Assembly (NCBI RefSeq): GCF_009834535.1
Contig: NC_045697.1
Location: 95,854,001-95,918,000, forward strand
DNA: 64,000 nt
DNA from: Camelus ferus
Lineage: Eukaryota
Direction: 5' to 3'
Shown: piece by piece, positions 26,996 to 40,882 of the stretch
Numbering within the stretch: the stretch's first letter is position 1
Layout: each line of letters opens with the position of its first letter
Translations under genes and position numbers: made by a program
Notes under the pieces: model-generated
Seen by the model: only the letters and a program-made list of their open reading frames with translations
Databases searched by the model: none
Told to the model about the DNA's origin: nothing

Positions 26996-27325
26996 AAGTA
27001 ATTAAAAAATTGGGACAGAAATCCCTAATATTAAGATTTGAGGTCATGTAAAATGTAGCTACACTCTGGATCCAGAGAGGCTCACATACTCACAATTATG
27101 GTAAATCATATTGTGACTGCAAAAGAGATTAAAAATTATGAAGTGGGGTATCTTTAATAAGGCAATGTAAATATCCACCATATACAGATTTCACCATTGA
27201 ATTTTAAAAAGAGATTTTAGGAAGAAAATCCAAAGGATTAGAAAACTGACAAAAACAATTTCCTTTTCAAAAAGAATTGTACAGAACTTTATCGGGAGCT
27301 CAAATGGCAGTAAGGAAAGACATAC

Positions 27326-27371
27326 TGAGTTTTGGTAAATCCATACTATGAAGGCCTCATCTGACTGATGA
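27326..27371 (-). pseudogene. Candidate small exon (46 bp)
   Basis: TTTTTTCTTTCTGGAATAG| acceptor and |GTATGT donor; read in phase 1 from the previous candidate it gives IISQMRPS*YGFTKT. Confidence 0.35.
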
Positions 27372-28263
27372 CTATTCCAGAAAGAAAAAATCAACCTTTA
27401 TAATCTATTGGAATTTTCACACCAGGGATTTTGGGGTTATTATTTTTTATCATGAATTGACATGTAATTCTAATTCAGTAATAGGGTACTTCTGTGTTCT
27501 TTCTAGATAAAATGTCTCATGCATACAATTGTAGTGTTGATTTAAAACATTTAAGCGTGTTCACCATTGGAACTATCAAATAAAAATTAACAATTCAGAA
27601 TATAACAAGATACTGAGTTTTTCAACGAGAGTATGGATTTTGATGTCAATCAGTCTATGCAAATAATTTGAGGAACTAGAATTTAATCTGTCATTTTTTC
27701 TTCCTCTTCAAAGAGTATTAGGTTATTTTCAAGAGATATTTGTAAATAGCTCACTATAAAGTCAGCTTATTTTCACAATAATTTATTGTCTTACCTCTGT
27801 GTATTACATGCAGGACTAAAAGACAATTAAGAAACAGAAGCCACAAAACTGCTTTGCTCTCACTAGTTTACTTTTCTGAATAATGGTGTCAATATATACA
27901 GCAAGTTATTAACTAAAATATTAGACATGTATGTCAAATCCTCTTCTTTTCTAGTTTGTTGCCTATAAATGATGCTAAATTATATGAAACATAATTTATT
28001 TAAATACAAAATATGACTATAATTTTTATTGAGTGTAGCTTTGGGGCTCAATGTAAAATTAGAGTGGAAAAAAAAAGAGTAAACATTTACATAACTGTGA
28101 ATGGTAAGTTCCAACTCTTAAAGTATAGAAAATTTCCGAATAATACATCATGTGCTTCAAAAACAAGTATCTTTATGTTCTACCAATATGAGTCATATAC
28201 ATGAATGCAAACTGTTTTACAAAATGAAGTTAAACCCTTCCTTGGAGTAAAGAATGAACGCAC

Positions 28264-28356
28264 TTGCATGTTGTCTACGTTAAGCTTCTTGATATCTTTA
28301 CATGACGTTCACATTAAACACTGGCTTTTTAGCATAACATCCAAAACACAAAGAAC
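28264..28356 (-). pseudogene. Candidate exon (93 bp)
   Basis: TATATCAAG| and CAA|GTGCGT bounds; separated from the candidate at 28444-28547 by an 87-bp GT-AG gap. Confidence 0.4.
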
Positions 28357-28443
28357 CTTGATATATAAAATGATTTAAATGTTTTTATTCTAAATAAATA
28401 ATTACGACATGAATTCAAGTGACATACCATTAAGTAACTATAC

Positions 28444-28547
28444 CATGACAAGCACATAATGGATGAAGGAAAGGTCAGTGGCAGCAGAACATTTCCACCA
28501 ATTTACATATCATGCACAATGTCATAGACACCATTTGCTGACTGTTA
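28444..28547 (-). pseudogene. Candidate Cys/His-rich exon
   Basis: CAG| acceptor(s) and ATG|GTATAG donor; MVSMTLCMICKLVEMFCCH*PFLHPLCACH. Confidence 0.35.
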
Positions 28548-29245
28548 CTGTTTGTGTAATTTTCTACTTTACTTTTTTTAATTGAAGTACAGTCAGTTAT
28601 TGATTTGCATATACAAATAAAATAGTATTCTACTCTTGGCAACACGTCAGATTAAATATTCTTAAAACTATTCCTTTATAAACCTTTAGAAATGCTGACT
28701 ATGATATAACAAATGCACTTTCATATTTTTGACAGAGCTCATAATTAAGCAATAATAATAAACCAAGGGTAAAAATCTAAGAGAAATCTAAAATGAGTTC
28801 AAAGAAAACACTTAAGCCAAAGCAAACGTTATTTTGTAAGTTTCTACTGATACCAGTAACTTGGAGCCTTGAATTTTAATGGTTTATTGGAGACAAGCTG
28901 CTTAGCGATCATTAGCTGAGTTACTGTAATAGCAAATATTACAACAAGCCAGGAACACTGATAAGCTACAACCTAAATGAAAAGAAGGATAAAAAAATTT
29001 ACAGAAAGACAGATCTAAATATATTATCCAAAATACAACATAGAAAAGAAAATTGATAAAAGGGAGGAGGATGAGAGATGTAGAGGATAGAATGAGAAGG
29101 TCTAACATGTATTTAATTGAAGTTTCGGAATGAGACAGAGATAAAAACACAGAGAGATACTGAGGATTTTCCAAAATTGATGAAATTCATGAAGCCTTGG
29201 ATTCAGTAAGCAAATGGCTCCATTACAGGATAAACTGAAGAAAGG

Positions 29246-29437
29246 CAGTGGTATGCTGGAGCTAGTTCATATTGCCCCACAAGAGTCATTTGTTAAACAT
29301 TCAGGAATTTGCCAGCTGATCTTTGAAAAACTGGTCACTTGAATAGTCCATGATGAAAATATCTACACAATGGAAATCTACAAACATTGCAGGTCAGGGG
29401 ATTTTCTCTGGAGAGCTAGTTTACCAGTATACCACTG
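29246..29437. mobile_element. hAT-Blackjack MITE (MER63-like)
   Basis: Terminal inverted repeats CAGTGGTATGCTGG / CCAGTATACCACTG. Confidence 0.75.
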
Positions 29438-31178
29438 AGAAGAGCCATACTCTTCACCCAATATAGGAAAACTGCTAAACACAAAAGACAAAGAGCATTT
29501 TGAAAGCAGCCAGTTAGAAGGCAGACAGATGATTTGCAAAGAAGTAGTAATTTAACTGAGAGCAATCAACTGAGCAGCAACATTGAAACACGTAAGAAAG
29601 TGAACCATATACAAAATACTGCATGAAATAGAATTTTGTATCTGTAAATTATCATTCAAAAGTAGGTCAAATAGTGGAAAATATTCCTACAACAAAATCT
29701 CACTAAGTTAACTTCTAGTATATAGTTTTAAAAGAGAAAATGATCTAAGAAGGAAGTTCTGAGATGCATGAGGCAATGGTGCCAAATAAATCTTCAAACA
29801 CTTGGTACATTTTTTAAAATTACTGAATAAAACAATAAAAATAACTTCTAACTGTGGTTAAAGAACATTAAAACTATAATATTGCCCCCAAATGATATAG
29901 AGGTAGGAAAGTATGATTACATTGAGATACTTAATACATTATTTTATTCAGAAAAGATGTACTGTTCTTATGGAAAAGATCCAATATTGTAAATATATCA
30001 AATTTACCAAGAAATATAGAATGCCAATTGAAATTTTCCTTGAGATTGACAAAAGATTTTTAAAATGTATGTGAATTAGCAAAGCTATTAGAACAGTCAA
30101 AATACTCGAAGAAGAACGAGGTAAAAATAAGAGCTTGCTCTACTAGATACCAACACAAAGTAGAAAATTACTGTGACTAAGAAAGTGTACTGTTGTTGCA
30201 TTAGAATACTGGATATGAATGGAGTACATAGCTACGGAAAGTTGATACATGACAGTGGCAATATTAGTGCAGAAAGAACTGAAGTTTGCATACATGGTAC
30301 AAAGACTAGCATTTATCTAGATCCAAATGCAATGGGGATTTTTCCTGGCTTCACAAAAAAAATATCTCCATCCAGATGTATGAATGTGTTAACTATGAAA
30401 TAAATTTCAAATCTTTCAGGAAATTTTACTTAAGAATATCTTTATGACTTTAGGATAGAAATTATCTTTCCACTGCAAGACACATGTGCAAACTACAAGG
30501 GAAGCTATAGATACATTTTACCATCTTATAATAACTATTAGTTTTCTGTGTTTATTACATATTTCATAAGGAGACTAAAAGACAAACCACAAACCTGGAG
30601 AAGATAATAATACCTGGAAAAAGGATTATATTCCAGAATATTTAGGAGTACATATAAATCAGTAAGAGTAAGACCAAAGAAAAGGGGGGGAAGATGATTT
30701 AAATTGTGTATACAAGCATTTCTCAGGAATATTTTCAGCTTGATTAGTAATCAAGAAGATGAAACTAAAATCATAACAAGGTATCATTACATAGATAACA
30801 AAAAATTGAAGTTAAGACACTATCAGTTGTTGCAGAAGATGTGATGTGAAGGAATAAGCAAGCTTACTGGCATAAAGATGGGAGTGTAAGGTCCTACATC
30901 ACTTTTAAAAACTATTATGAAATATAAAGTTTAATAGAGGCAAAATCTACAATGAATAGTTCCTGTCTTCTATACATCTTAGAGAAATACTTTGACATAC
31001 ATATATATATATGGCTAAACAAACAAGTACTTTTAGATGCATTATTCTTCATAGAAGGAAATGGAAGGAATGCACACTAATGGTGGAATGGATAATAAAC
31101 TACAGGACTTTCAAAAGTGGAATATTATTCATCAGTGAAAGGAAGTATGCACAGAAATACAAATCAATATGAATCAAT

Positions 31179-31677
31179 CTGCATTGATTTTCTGTTGTTC
31201 CATAAAAATCATCACAACTTTGTGGTTTAAAACAATACCTATTTATTATTTCATAATTTCTCTAGGTCAGAAGTCTAGGACACTCAAGGGTACTCAAGAA
31301 GCGGCTGGGGCTGCAGTTCTCATCGAGGGCTCAGGATGCTCTTCCAAGCTGAATGGTTGTTGGCAGAATTCTCTCCTTCTCATGCTTCCCACATAGCTCC
31401 CTATATCTTCAAAACAGCAGCAGTGCATTCCTTCTTTCTCATGCTCAGAATCTCTCAGTTCTTCTGTCCCCATTTCTCTGATTCAGCCAAAGTTCTCAGC
31501 ATTTGCGGGCTCATACAATTCCTTTGGGCCCACACATAATCCTGGTGACCTCCCTGTTTTAAGGTCCATAAACTTAGTCACACCTGCAAAGTCCCTTTGC
31601 TGGGTAACATGACATAGTCACTGATTTCAGAGATTAGGCTGTGGGCTTTTTAGGGGTGTCATTCTTCCTATTCCACA
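31179..31677 (-). mobile_element. MaLR LTR (MLT1D/E-like)
   Basis: TGGTTTAAAACAA...TCTAGGTCAGAAGTCTAGG...GTTGTTGGCAGAATTC...CACCTGCAAAGTCCCTTTGC. Confidence 0.75.
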
Positions 31678-32964
31678 ACCAAAGCTAATTTTGTGTGATA
31701 TAATTGGCTTCACACAAATTGTATAATTCCATTTATAAAATGTCCCAAAACAGGGAAAGCTAAACAATTGTTATTTTATGGTTACATACATATATACTAA
31801 TAAATTAAAACAACATAAGGCAATATATATCTTTATGTTTATAATACATTTTACTTTTTAACATACATTCATATTTTTTTTTCAGTTAATTTTACTTTGT
31901 TAGGGAGAAGAATAAGTGAATTAAGAAGGGCAGAAAGGCAGCTCCAGAGATTTTGGTACTTCTCCTTTTCTTTAAATGGGTGATGAGAATCATGCTGCTT
32001 ATTTTATTACTATTTTTTTAAATGATGATTATTTGTTAATTTCCATTCCTGTAGAGATGAACAGTTTCACAATAAAACTATAATCAATTGAAATATTTTA
32101 ATTCAATACTTTTGAAAAATTATAAGCTATATAAGATGGATATTTTCTTTAAAAATGTATTACTGAGATGAAATAGAAGATTAAAAAACATAAAAATTAA
32201 AATGATCATTGGAAATAAATCAATAGGTAAAATATACAAATAAAATCTGGGAATACGGAGGGATTCCATTAATTTCTATTGCATATGTAAGAGTATGTGA
32301 ATAATATCAATATTATTCAAGTATCTGAAGAGAATACAAAAGGAGGAAATAGTTCCCATCTTTTTACAAGGCTTACGTAAACTTCCCACCAAACCTGACA
32401 AGGACGATCTCACTCAGAGGCACGGGTAAAAAGTTCTAAATGAAAATATTGCAATTGAATTCATTCTTATTCAAATTTTAAAAAGAAAAAAGTATACTGA
32501 TCAAATCGGATTTATTTGAGTGCAACGATACAAAGAAAATTTATCACAGTAAATATTTTTATTAAAGTAGCCCTATGGATGATAGCATTTTTACTACACA
32601 AATAAGGGTCCTAGTATTTAATGTAAAATTTGCAACATTACTAAGTGGGAGATAGTCGATTCACTCTAGGATCCAAGATTAATGCATTTAAAGTGAATTG
32701 CTTATAGTACCATTTTTCCTCACATGAAATTTATTGAATGAAGAAATACACTGGAATTAGCCAATGTTTTGTTTCACTTGACAAAAATTAAAATTTAGTG
32801 TAAAGTGATGTTTGCCTGAAATAATAACATCAAAAGAAATTCTAGCACCCATAGGTAAAATATTGAAGAATACAGCAAATGAAACCTAACAATATGGGAA
32901 GTGATACACTTTGAAAAGCATACAGAAAGAGGAGTTTAAGAAAGCCACTCTAGTCATATTCTAC

Positions 32965-33104
32965 CCATCGTCAACATATTCTCAGTGGCTAAGAATATTT
33001 TTGGACTTAGTACATGAAAAGAGGAAAAAAAATAAATTTCTGCTCTTCCAGACTCAATTCCAAATTTGCTCACATTTGTTTTTTGTCCCTGAAACTTGAG
33101 CCAT
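32965..33104 (-). pseudogene. Candidate exon (140 bp)
   Basis: ACACAG| and TGG|GTAGAA bounds; one frame open (WLKFQGQKTNVSKFGIESGRAEIYFF...). Confidence 0.25.
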
Positions 33105-33435
33105 CTGTGTCCCAAAGAGATGGAGAATAGAAGTACACTGGAGAATGAAGAATGAGATTTGGCTCTAAGTAGAAATTGAGCATCTAAATAAATAATTTCA
33201 TTATTTTGGTCTAAATTTTAAGTATATTCTTTAGGGGAAAATCACAATTATGTACTTCGTGTGAAATTTTCTATAAATAGAATTGTTGGATATCACATGT
33301 ATAAACATATATAACAAAACTGGTAAAGTATGTGCATGGTTTTAAATATTAAAAAATTAAAATAAGATATTAAGACAATCTTGGTGGAATCTAGGACTAT
33401 TTGGGTTGTGATTCTTAAAGGTTTTTTTTTTTTTT

Positions 33436-34018
33436 TGCTGGGAGTAACTAACTATGATAAAATTTCCAAGAAGATTGCCATCAGTCCTTTCTCTTCTTAA
33501 ACAGGTACCTCATTTGCCATCAAGAAGAAGCATCTATTTCTTTCTCTTGAATCAGGGCTTGAGTAGGGATTTGCTTGGAAACTGAATATGGTAGGTAAGT
33601 TGTTCTAGAACTTCAGAGCTTAGGTCATCAGAATCTTGCAGCTTTTCCCTGGGCCTCTTGGAAAGTTCACTCTTGGATCCCTAAGAAGCTTTGTCAGAGG
33701 CCGAAGTATACTGGAGAGAATGCACGTGGAGGCCCTGAGATCACACTGAGAGAGGGAGGGTTCCTACTGAATGTAACCATTCAGATGTTCCCATCAAGTC
33801 ACTGGGCATGAGGATTAATTTGTTTGACCTCGAGACCACACCAGGCACCAGCTGAATACCACCCAGGGAATCCAGCTTTTGCCGTGTAGAGCAGAATTGT
33901 CCAGCTGAGCTCTGCTTCATTTCCTGACCCATAAAATTATGAAATATAGTAAAGTGATTATTATTTTAATTCAAAAATTTATGGATAGTCTGCTATGCAG
34001 CAATTAATAACCAAAACA
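33436..34018 (+). mobile_element. MaLR LTR (MLT1F/G/H-like)
   Basis: CCAGCTGAGC...TTCCTGACCCATAAAATTATGA and terminus TGCTATGCAGCAATTAATAACCAAAACA. Confidence 0.75.
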
Positions 34019-35099
34019 ACACCAAAGCAAAACTCATTTGATTTTATAGATAAGTATTATAATACTACAAGGAAACTATAAAATTAATGGAACAATAAAA
34101 CAAATTGTCTTAGTCTCTCAAACCTGCAACTCCAGCTAAACTGTGAAAGTAGTTTAACACAATATCCAAGTGATATCTTTGTTCATTTTTAAAAATTTTA
34201 ATATGTATTGATAGTCTAATATAAAATAGTTTCTAGCTCATCAATATTAATTATATAACTATCTGACATGATAGAGATAAAAGAACTAATGTGTCACAAT
34301 ATTTTTATATTATAACTTAATTGGAAAAAATGGGTTTAATTTAATGCATGAAATTTTGTATTTATATATTCATTTATTTATTCATAATGCATTTATTTAT
34401 TCTCTGTTGGGACCCTGATTCTTAGTTCAGGATTTCATAAAACTTGACACATTTAGTATATAAAACTGCCAATTGCTTAAAGTAGTGTTAAAATGAGGAT
34501 GTACACTTTGGAAGAAACTGTATTTGACTTTTGTTTGCTGGCTGAACTCATGAAGTCCTGGAAATCTACTGGGGAAGGAACAGACCAATGGGATCCTACT
34601 AACAGGAACAAGTCATTTTACAGATTCAAAATAGGTCATATTAGAACTAAGGTGAAAACAACACTAAAATAAGGGAGACCACAAATACCCACAGTAAGAA
34701 ATGTGTCGAAAGAGGGATTACACCTATGCATTGTACTATGGGTAGGTCCACTCAGCTTACTACTTCTGAATCTTTCACTTGGAGAGCCTGCTCCCATGAA
34801 TTGAGATTATTATGTGATTGAAATATCAGACATACAGTAACTCTAGGGAGCCTTATTCTAAAATAGTGCTAGTTCTGTTGCTAGAGAAAAAATATAATTG
34901 GGAAATCTGGAACTCATTTAGTAAATATTACTAAATGTCTATAGTATGCAAGAGTATGAAGATAAATAATGTACATGCAATGATACACCTGTCCCTGTAC
35001 CATGTTGTAGCAGATGAATCAGGAAGATACGTAAATGGTGTAAATGCACTGCTATAAGAGCAACAATACAGTGTAGCAAAAGAAGAACTCAACAAACTA

Positions 35100-36330
35100 T
35101 GCTCTAGTTGGTTAAAGATGAACTGCAAAATAATTAAGCAGGATACTGAGTGGAAAATAGTTCAACAGGCATTTAAGAAGCAAAGAGAGAGTGCACAATG
35201 TTTCAGAGGCAACAACTACATGGAGACAGGAAAGAATGAAGCACACATTCAGGAAGCTGTATGGGCATGGAATGCCTGAGATGAAGACCTAAAATGGAGA
35301 ATATTATCAGATGGTATAGAGAGAGAGGTAGCCATTTAATTACGGAAGCTCTTCACATTAAGAAAACTAGACTTTTTAAATAAGAGATCACATAGAGGAG
35401 GTTTCAAGAATTCAGAAACGAAATCCCAGACTCTGTTTTCCCATCTCAGCTCTGCACTTGTTATCCAAGTGACAATGGGCAAATTACCTAAACACTTAGG
35501 GTCCCAGTTTCCTCCTCTGTGAAAGAGAGACAGTAGAAGCTTCAGAGGCAGTTTTGTGGATGTATCAAGATTATCCACGTGAAGCAACGGAACAGTGCCC
35601 AAACCATAAAATATACTTGATAAATTTTATCCACTATAACAGGCATTGTTTTTATCCCATGGTCAGTTTTTGTGTGTGTGTGTGATTTTGTTTTTGTATT
35701 ATTAAAGGCAGAAGTAAATCATGATGTGAAACAAGCAGCAGGCCTAAAACTGAAGAAGACAGATGTGAAAGATATTAAGAAGTAGAAACAGCAAGTCAAC
35801 AGGCTTAGTAAGTGACTTGAGTCTAGGTACTGAAGAAGCAATTTTATAGTTAATTTTTACAGTGAGTTTCTTACTTGGGTAACCAATCTAACAGTATTTT
35901 TTATTAACCAAAAAGGAAAATATAAAATAAGGAAAAGGTTTCAGGAGAACCTATTGAGCTAATTTGAGAATATTATATACCTGTCACATATACCCTTAAA
36001 TAATTATGTGTTCACTACCAGACAAGATTCTGCCTGTACTCATTGTGAGTTGTAGGTGATGAGGTTGGGTAACTTGGATTCTTTAAGGGAACTCACGTGG
36101 AAGGAGTAAAAACAATTACAAAGAATGGGAGAGTAGAATGTGAAAAGATAACCATTTAAGGTTTGAGTAAAAGAAAAGACATAAAACACTGCAAAGGAGG
36201 AGTTAAGGAGAAAGGTGAAGTAGGAAATAACATTGTCATAGAAATCAAAGGAATTACAAATTTCAAGTTGGAGAAAATGGTCAACAGTACCAAACACCAA
36301 ACAGAGATCAGGTAATATGCAACTCAGAGG
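35100..36330 (-). mobile_element. L2 fragments with an inserted plus-strand MIR (~35400-35640)
   Basis: Antisense L2 purine-rich pattern; MIR core GGGCAAATTACCTAAAC...CAGTTTCCTCCTCTGTGAAA. Confidence 0.6.
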
Positions 36331-39300
36331 GTTACTTCATATATTTTTTTAAAGTAATCGCTATCAATAAAAAATAATTTGGGTTGTTATTTAGTTTTAT
36401 TGTTCTCAGCAAAATAGAATGCTAAACTGGAAAAAAAAAACCAATATTAATCTCCCAGATCACTTCAGTTTAATTTTATTCTGTCTTACTTCTTAGGAAG
36501 CAGAAGCCTTTTAATAGTTTTCTCATGTATTTAAATAATTTTAAATTGACACTTATTTAATTTTTCAAAATGCAAATTCACTTAATGGAAGAAAGCATAG
36601 ACAAAAGTATTTTCCAAAATCTGTATTATGTTATACGTTATATGTTACAGTTACAACTTATCATTTAAATGTATATTCATAAAAAAGAGATGTGATTTTT
36701 TATTTTAAAATATTCTCTCTTGTTATTTTAAGACATAAAAAATAGTCATCTAAGGTTAGAAATAGTTGCTTACAATTATTTACTCTAATTGAAAGTTAAT
36801 ATTCTTCATTTTACATATTAAAAAAGAAAATCATCACCCATTCCAGGTGTAGATAATGGGTAACTACATGTTGTTATTTCAGGAACTGTGGGATATCACA
36901 AAGCAAAACACAGTTTTGAAACCAACTGTTAAAACCTAACAGGAGGGGGCATCCCATTTTTGATGGAAAAATTGGTTTATTGATAGACTTATACATGTCT
37001 AAATATAAACAGAGAAGAATTTACTTCTCAGTACAAATATAGATACAGTTGTATTTTAATATGACTTTATATAATTCTATCCCTTCTAAAATCTCCTGAA
37101 GTAATATCTATAGTTTTATTTATTCCCATTGGTATAACTGAATTATATTTTATTTTATCCATAAAATGGAATTAAATTAAGTTAGATTTTAACAATACAA
37201 TTGCAGATATTATGCAGAAATTATGCATAGTAATTTTGGGACTCCACTAATCAGGAAATAAAATGTGCATATAAACTATGACTTATTGAGGAAAAATGCT
37301 ATTTTACATCTGGTGTGTGGTGTAAGGTTTAATCCTGTATTCAACACATTAAGAAACTCACACCAACCAGGGATTAAAATTAAAATTAAACTGCCTAATG
37401 AGGCATGTACTTAAAAATGATCTTATTTTGTTATGCCACTGGAAAATACCACACTTAAATTGTTGTATATACATCTTTTATAAATATAAATTGTTTTCAA
37501 AATTTATGAAAAAGCCTTCACTTTTTATGAGTCTGAAATAATTTAGTAACATTTCATTTTAAATACTATTCATATGTCATAAGATTTGCTCTCATAGGAA
37601 TAGCACAGTAGTTCCACATATAAGATGCTGAAATAAGAAATGTTTAAAGGCATCTGAAATTTTGGTTTTCTTTTTCATTTCACTTTCTTTTAAAAAATCA
37701 AGTGATACCTGCAAATAGGTTCTTTGTGCTTGGAACATACTGCTGGATTTGTTGGGGTTAGTTTAGTGTTGTTTTCAGAGATAATTACGTTTGTTTATTT
37801 TATATTGTTAACAGATTTTAATGAAAACAGGACTGCAAAACACCATGATAAAATATAATCAATCATCCATTCCATAGTAAAATGGCTCTTTTTTGCTACT
37901 AATCTGTTTTGGAAGAATGCTAACTCTATTTTCCTTTTGTCTTTAAAGTTACGGTACAAATTATGTATTTGAAAGAGTAAAACTTGTATACTTCTAGTAC
38001 TAATGTAAAACAATTACTTAATCAATGTGATTTTTATTTTGAATAAAGACTAGTCTATACTATTTCTGAAACTGGAAAGTAAACCTACATGAAGCATCTT
38101 TCACTTACACATTGAATGAAAATGTACATAGTCTCATTCAATAATTTTCAAAAGCATTTCAATGTTGCATTTAAAATAACAACAACCTTTTGACAAAAAA
38201 GGGGAGAAGAATGGGTTACCACTGTTAATCTTAATTTTTCCCATTAAAATATGAGAATATTCCTTCCATTTAAATATCCTCAGCCTTCAGAAATTTTAGA
38301 TTATAAATTACTTTTAAAACATATCCCTATGCTATTTGAATATATTCACAAAATATCACTTGATTATTTATAGTTTAGGATCACAACTATTAATTACTTA
38401 TACAATGAGAGTTTCCTGATAAATAAATTTAGCACTTTATATGACTTGTAAATAAAAAGAGTATATGGACCCAATCCTGAATAAAACAACAGGTACAATA
38501 GAGGAGGAGTGAATTATCCATTATGAAAATGTAAATATAAGGCCATTAAAGGAGAAAAGGGATGTATTATACAGTATAAAGTTATGCCAAATTACTGAAT
38601 ATGTTGAATAATATATCTTAAAATAGAAGATTAAATACTTTTGTTTTGATAAGCTGAAACTTTTTTACACGTATACTGCATAAAATGTGTATCTTGCAAG
38701 TACCTCTTTATATTCTGTGCTTGTATGTAACATACAACTATATGCTCTCCAAAAACAGTCTTTTAGTTTAAATAAGCTTCCTCAGATGATTTTTATCTTC
38801 TTAGTTATACATTGAGTCATATCATGAGTAAGATCCAGATAAAGAAAGTTGCATAAATAGATGTTTCATTTTAATGATCTAGAAGAATTATATTAAATAA
38901 TGAACTCTGAATTGTCCTTTGTATGACATCTTTAGTCTTAAAATAAAATAATGTTGTTTAGGTTTTGGTTTTTTTTTTAGCTATTGTTATTCTGAAAAAT
39001 AAGTACTCAAGAAACATAAGCCAACTATAAAATTAAAGGTGTTTACCAAGTAATAATAAAACATGTTCTTTCCCATTTCCCATCTTTTCTAGCCTCTGAA
39101 TAGTAATTGTTCAGAAAAGAAAATTGACAACTGATTAAAGTGAAATAGATTTTAAGAGATTTATTTGACTTGGAGATCATGTTTTAGTGAAAAATTAAAA
39201 TTACGTTAAAATATAGATTGATGAAATGACACCAATATGTAGTTACAGCTATATATGTTAACATAAAATACTTATATTATTTACTATTACAGTTCATTAA

Positions 39301-39651
39301 CTACATGTATTTCTTTTAACAATATGTTTCTTTTGAAATTCCATGAGAAAGATAATTTAAAATACTCTGGAACTACAATTAACATTTCAAATATACTTGG
39401 CTGAATAACAAATTATTTAAGATTAAACAAAATAACCAAATAATAACTACAGTGTCTTAATGAAAAACATGTTCTAATTACATCATTTTTCCCACGTGAA
39501 GTAAACTTTCAGTTAGCACTTTGTATCTAAGGCACATAAAGAACCTGTGGTTTGAAATCTGAAATGATATATTGGGTTTCAATTGCTATTTTAATTTATT
39601 GTTTCTTCCTTTCAAAGCATGAAATACAAAGCATCAGTACAGCATTCATAC

Positions 39652-39748
39652 TGAGCTAAGATGCAATCATTCTAGGCTCAAGTGAGGGTCTCATCATGCT
39701 ATCACAAGATTGCAAACAGCTCATTATGCACTAGAGCAGTATGGACAT
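39652..39748 (-). pseudogene. Candidate exon (97 bp)
   Basis: TTTTCTTTTTTTAAG| acceptor and |GTATGA donor; all three frames contain stops (e.g. VHTALVHNELFAIL**HDETLT). Confidence 0.35.
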
Positions 39749-40067
39749 CTTAAAAAAAGAAAGCTTTTAAATGGTAACCATGCTGAGCTTAAATGAGACA
39801 ATTATAGGTTTAAATGGATCTTACTAGTAATAAGAAAAGTATGAACAGTGAAACCAAAAAGTCCTTCCAGGGACTAAAAATGTGGAGTATTTTATTGCTA
39901 AGATATTTATATAGCTTCGTTTTTTATTTTATTAGCATTTTAAAAATATTTGATAGGTCATTTCTCAAATATAGGAAAACAAATACATCATGAGATTTCA
40001 AAGATAGTATGAGAAAACGTGTTGTTGATTAACTGTTGGTTCTTTTTAAAATTTGAGCGTTTTGCAC

Positions 40068-40353
40068 TTAATCTTCATACATCTGCAATTTTATAGGGAA
40101 GAATGGATTTTTCATTATTTGCTTTACTAGCGTGGTGAAAACTTTCAGGCCTCCACCCAGAGAAGGCTCTTTTGATTTCTCCACAGAGGAAAATGGAATG
40201 GCTTTCCCCTGATGCCCATGAATTTTCCATTTTTCCATTGTTTCGGTCATGTTGCATAGGATTTTTGTTGCTGTTTTCTGAAACATTAACTTCAGAATGC
40301 TATGCATGAACCTTGAATAGCATTCTTCAAGCATTTTTTGAGTATGCTCACCT
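40068..40353 (-). pseudogene. Candidate exon containing an 88-aa ATG-initiated ORF
   Basis: TTCCCACAG| acceptor; frame open for ~94 codons from the acceptor (ORF 40068-40334); no repeat recognised. Confidence 0.4.
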
Positions 40354-40433
40354 CTGTGGGAATTTCATATGTAAATAGTTTCTAAATTTTACCAACCTGA
40401 GGATTTACATAGTCTACAGGATCCTAGAATTTT

Positions 40434-40743
40434 TTTAAATTAAATATAAAGAGATTTTTTTAATAGCATAGTCTTATCAAACATTTTTTCTTTTATTGAA
40501 GTATAGCTGATATACAATATTATATATTACAAGTATACAATATAGTGATTCAGAATTTTTAAAGGTTATACTCCATTTATAATTATCATAAAATATTGGC
40601 TATATTCGCAGTGTTTTACAATATACCCTTGTAACTTATTTTATACCTAATAGTTTGTACCTCTTGACCCCCTACCCCTATATTGCCCCTCCAACCTTCC
40701 CTCTGCCCACTGGAAACCACTATTGTGTTCTCTATATCTGTAG
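40434..40743 (-). mobile_element. 5'-truncated L1 3' end with probable short 3' transduction
   Basis: L1 3'UTR at ~40484-40743; flanking duplication TCCTAGAA(A)TTTT at ~40422-40433 and ~40744-40756. Confidence 0.8.
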
Positions 40744-40851
40744 TCCTAGAAATTTTCAAGAGTCAGGGGAAAATATTGGTCCTGCAGTCAAAAAGACATA
40801 GATTTCAGGACTATCTCCTACTTTTCTGAGGAAGTTGGCCCCATTAGGTAG

Positions 40852-40855
<4 letters not shown>

Positions 40856-40882
<27 letters not shown>
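40856..40882. repeat. Poly(T) tract
   Basis: About 27 consecutive T. Confidence 0.95.

Larger units (their letters stand above)
28650..32550 (+). mobile_element. Highly degraded ancient L1 (L1ME/L1M5-like) fragments
   Basis: A-rich ORF1-like (28950-29750) and ORF2/3'UTR-like (29950-32080) remnants interrupted by younger elements. Confidence 0.6.

Noticed and set aside
28264..28547. Beta-CASP (CPSF3/INTS9/INTS11)-like motif DIVHDM*IGGNVLLP followed by VLCVLDVML
   Set aside because: The two pieces are not phase-compatible across the junction, and I found no HxHxDH metallo-beta-lactamase motif
19916..37905. Additional weak minus-strand exon candidates (~19916-19967, ~34530-34590, ~36838-36936, ~37845-37903)
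   Set aside because: Short, with weak splice signals; not distinguishable from chance by eye
40856..40882. Poly(T) as an orphan retro-insertion
   Set aside because: No flanking target-site duplication visible
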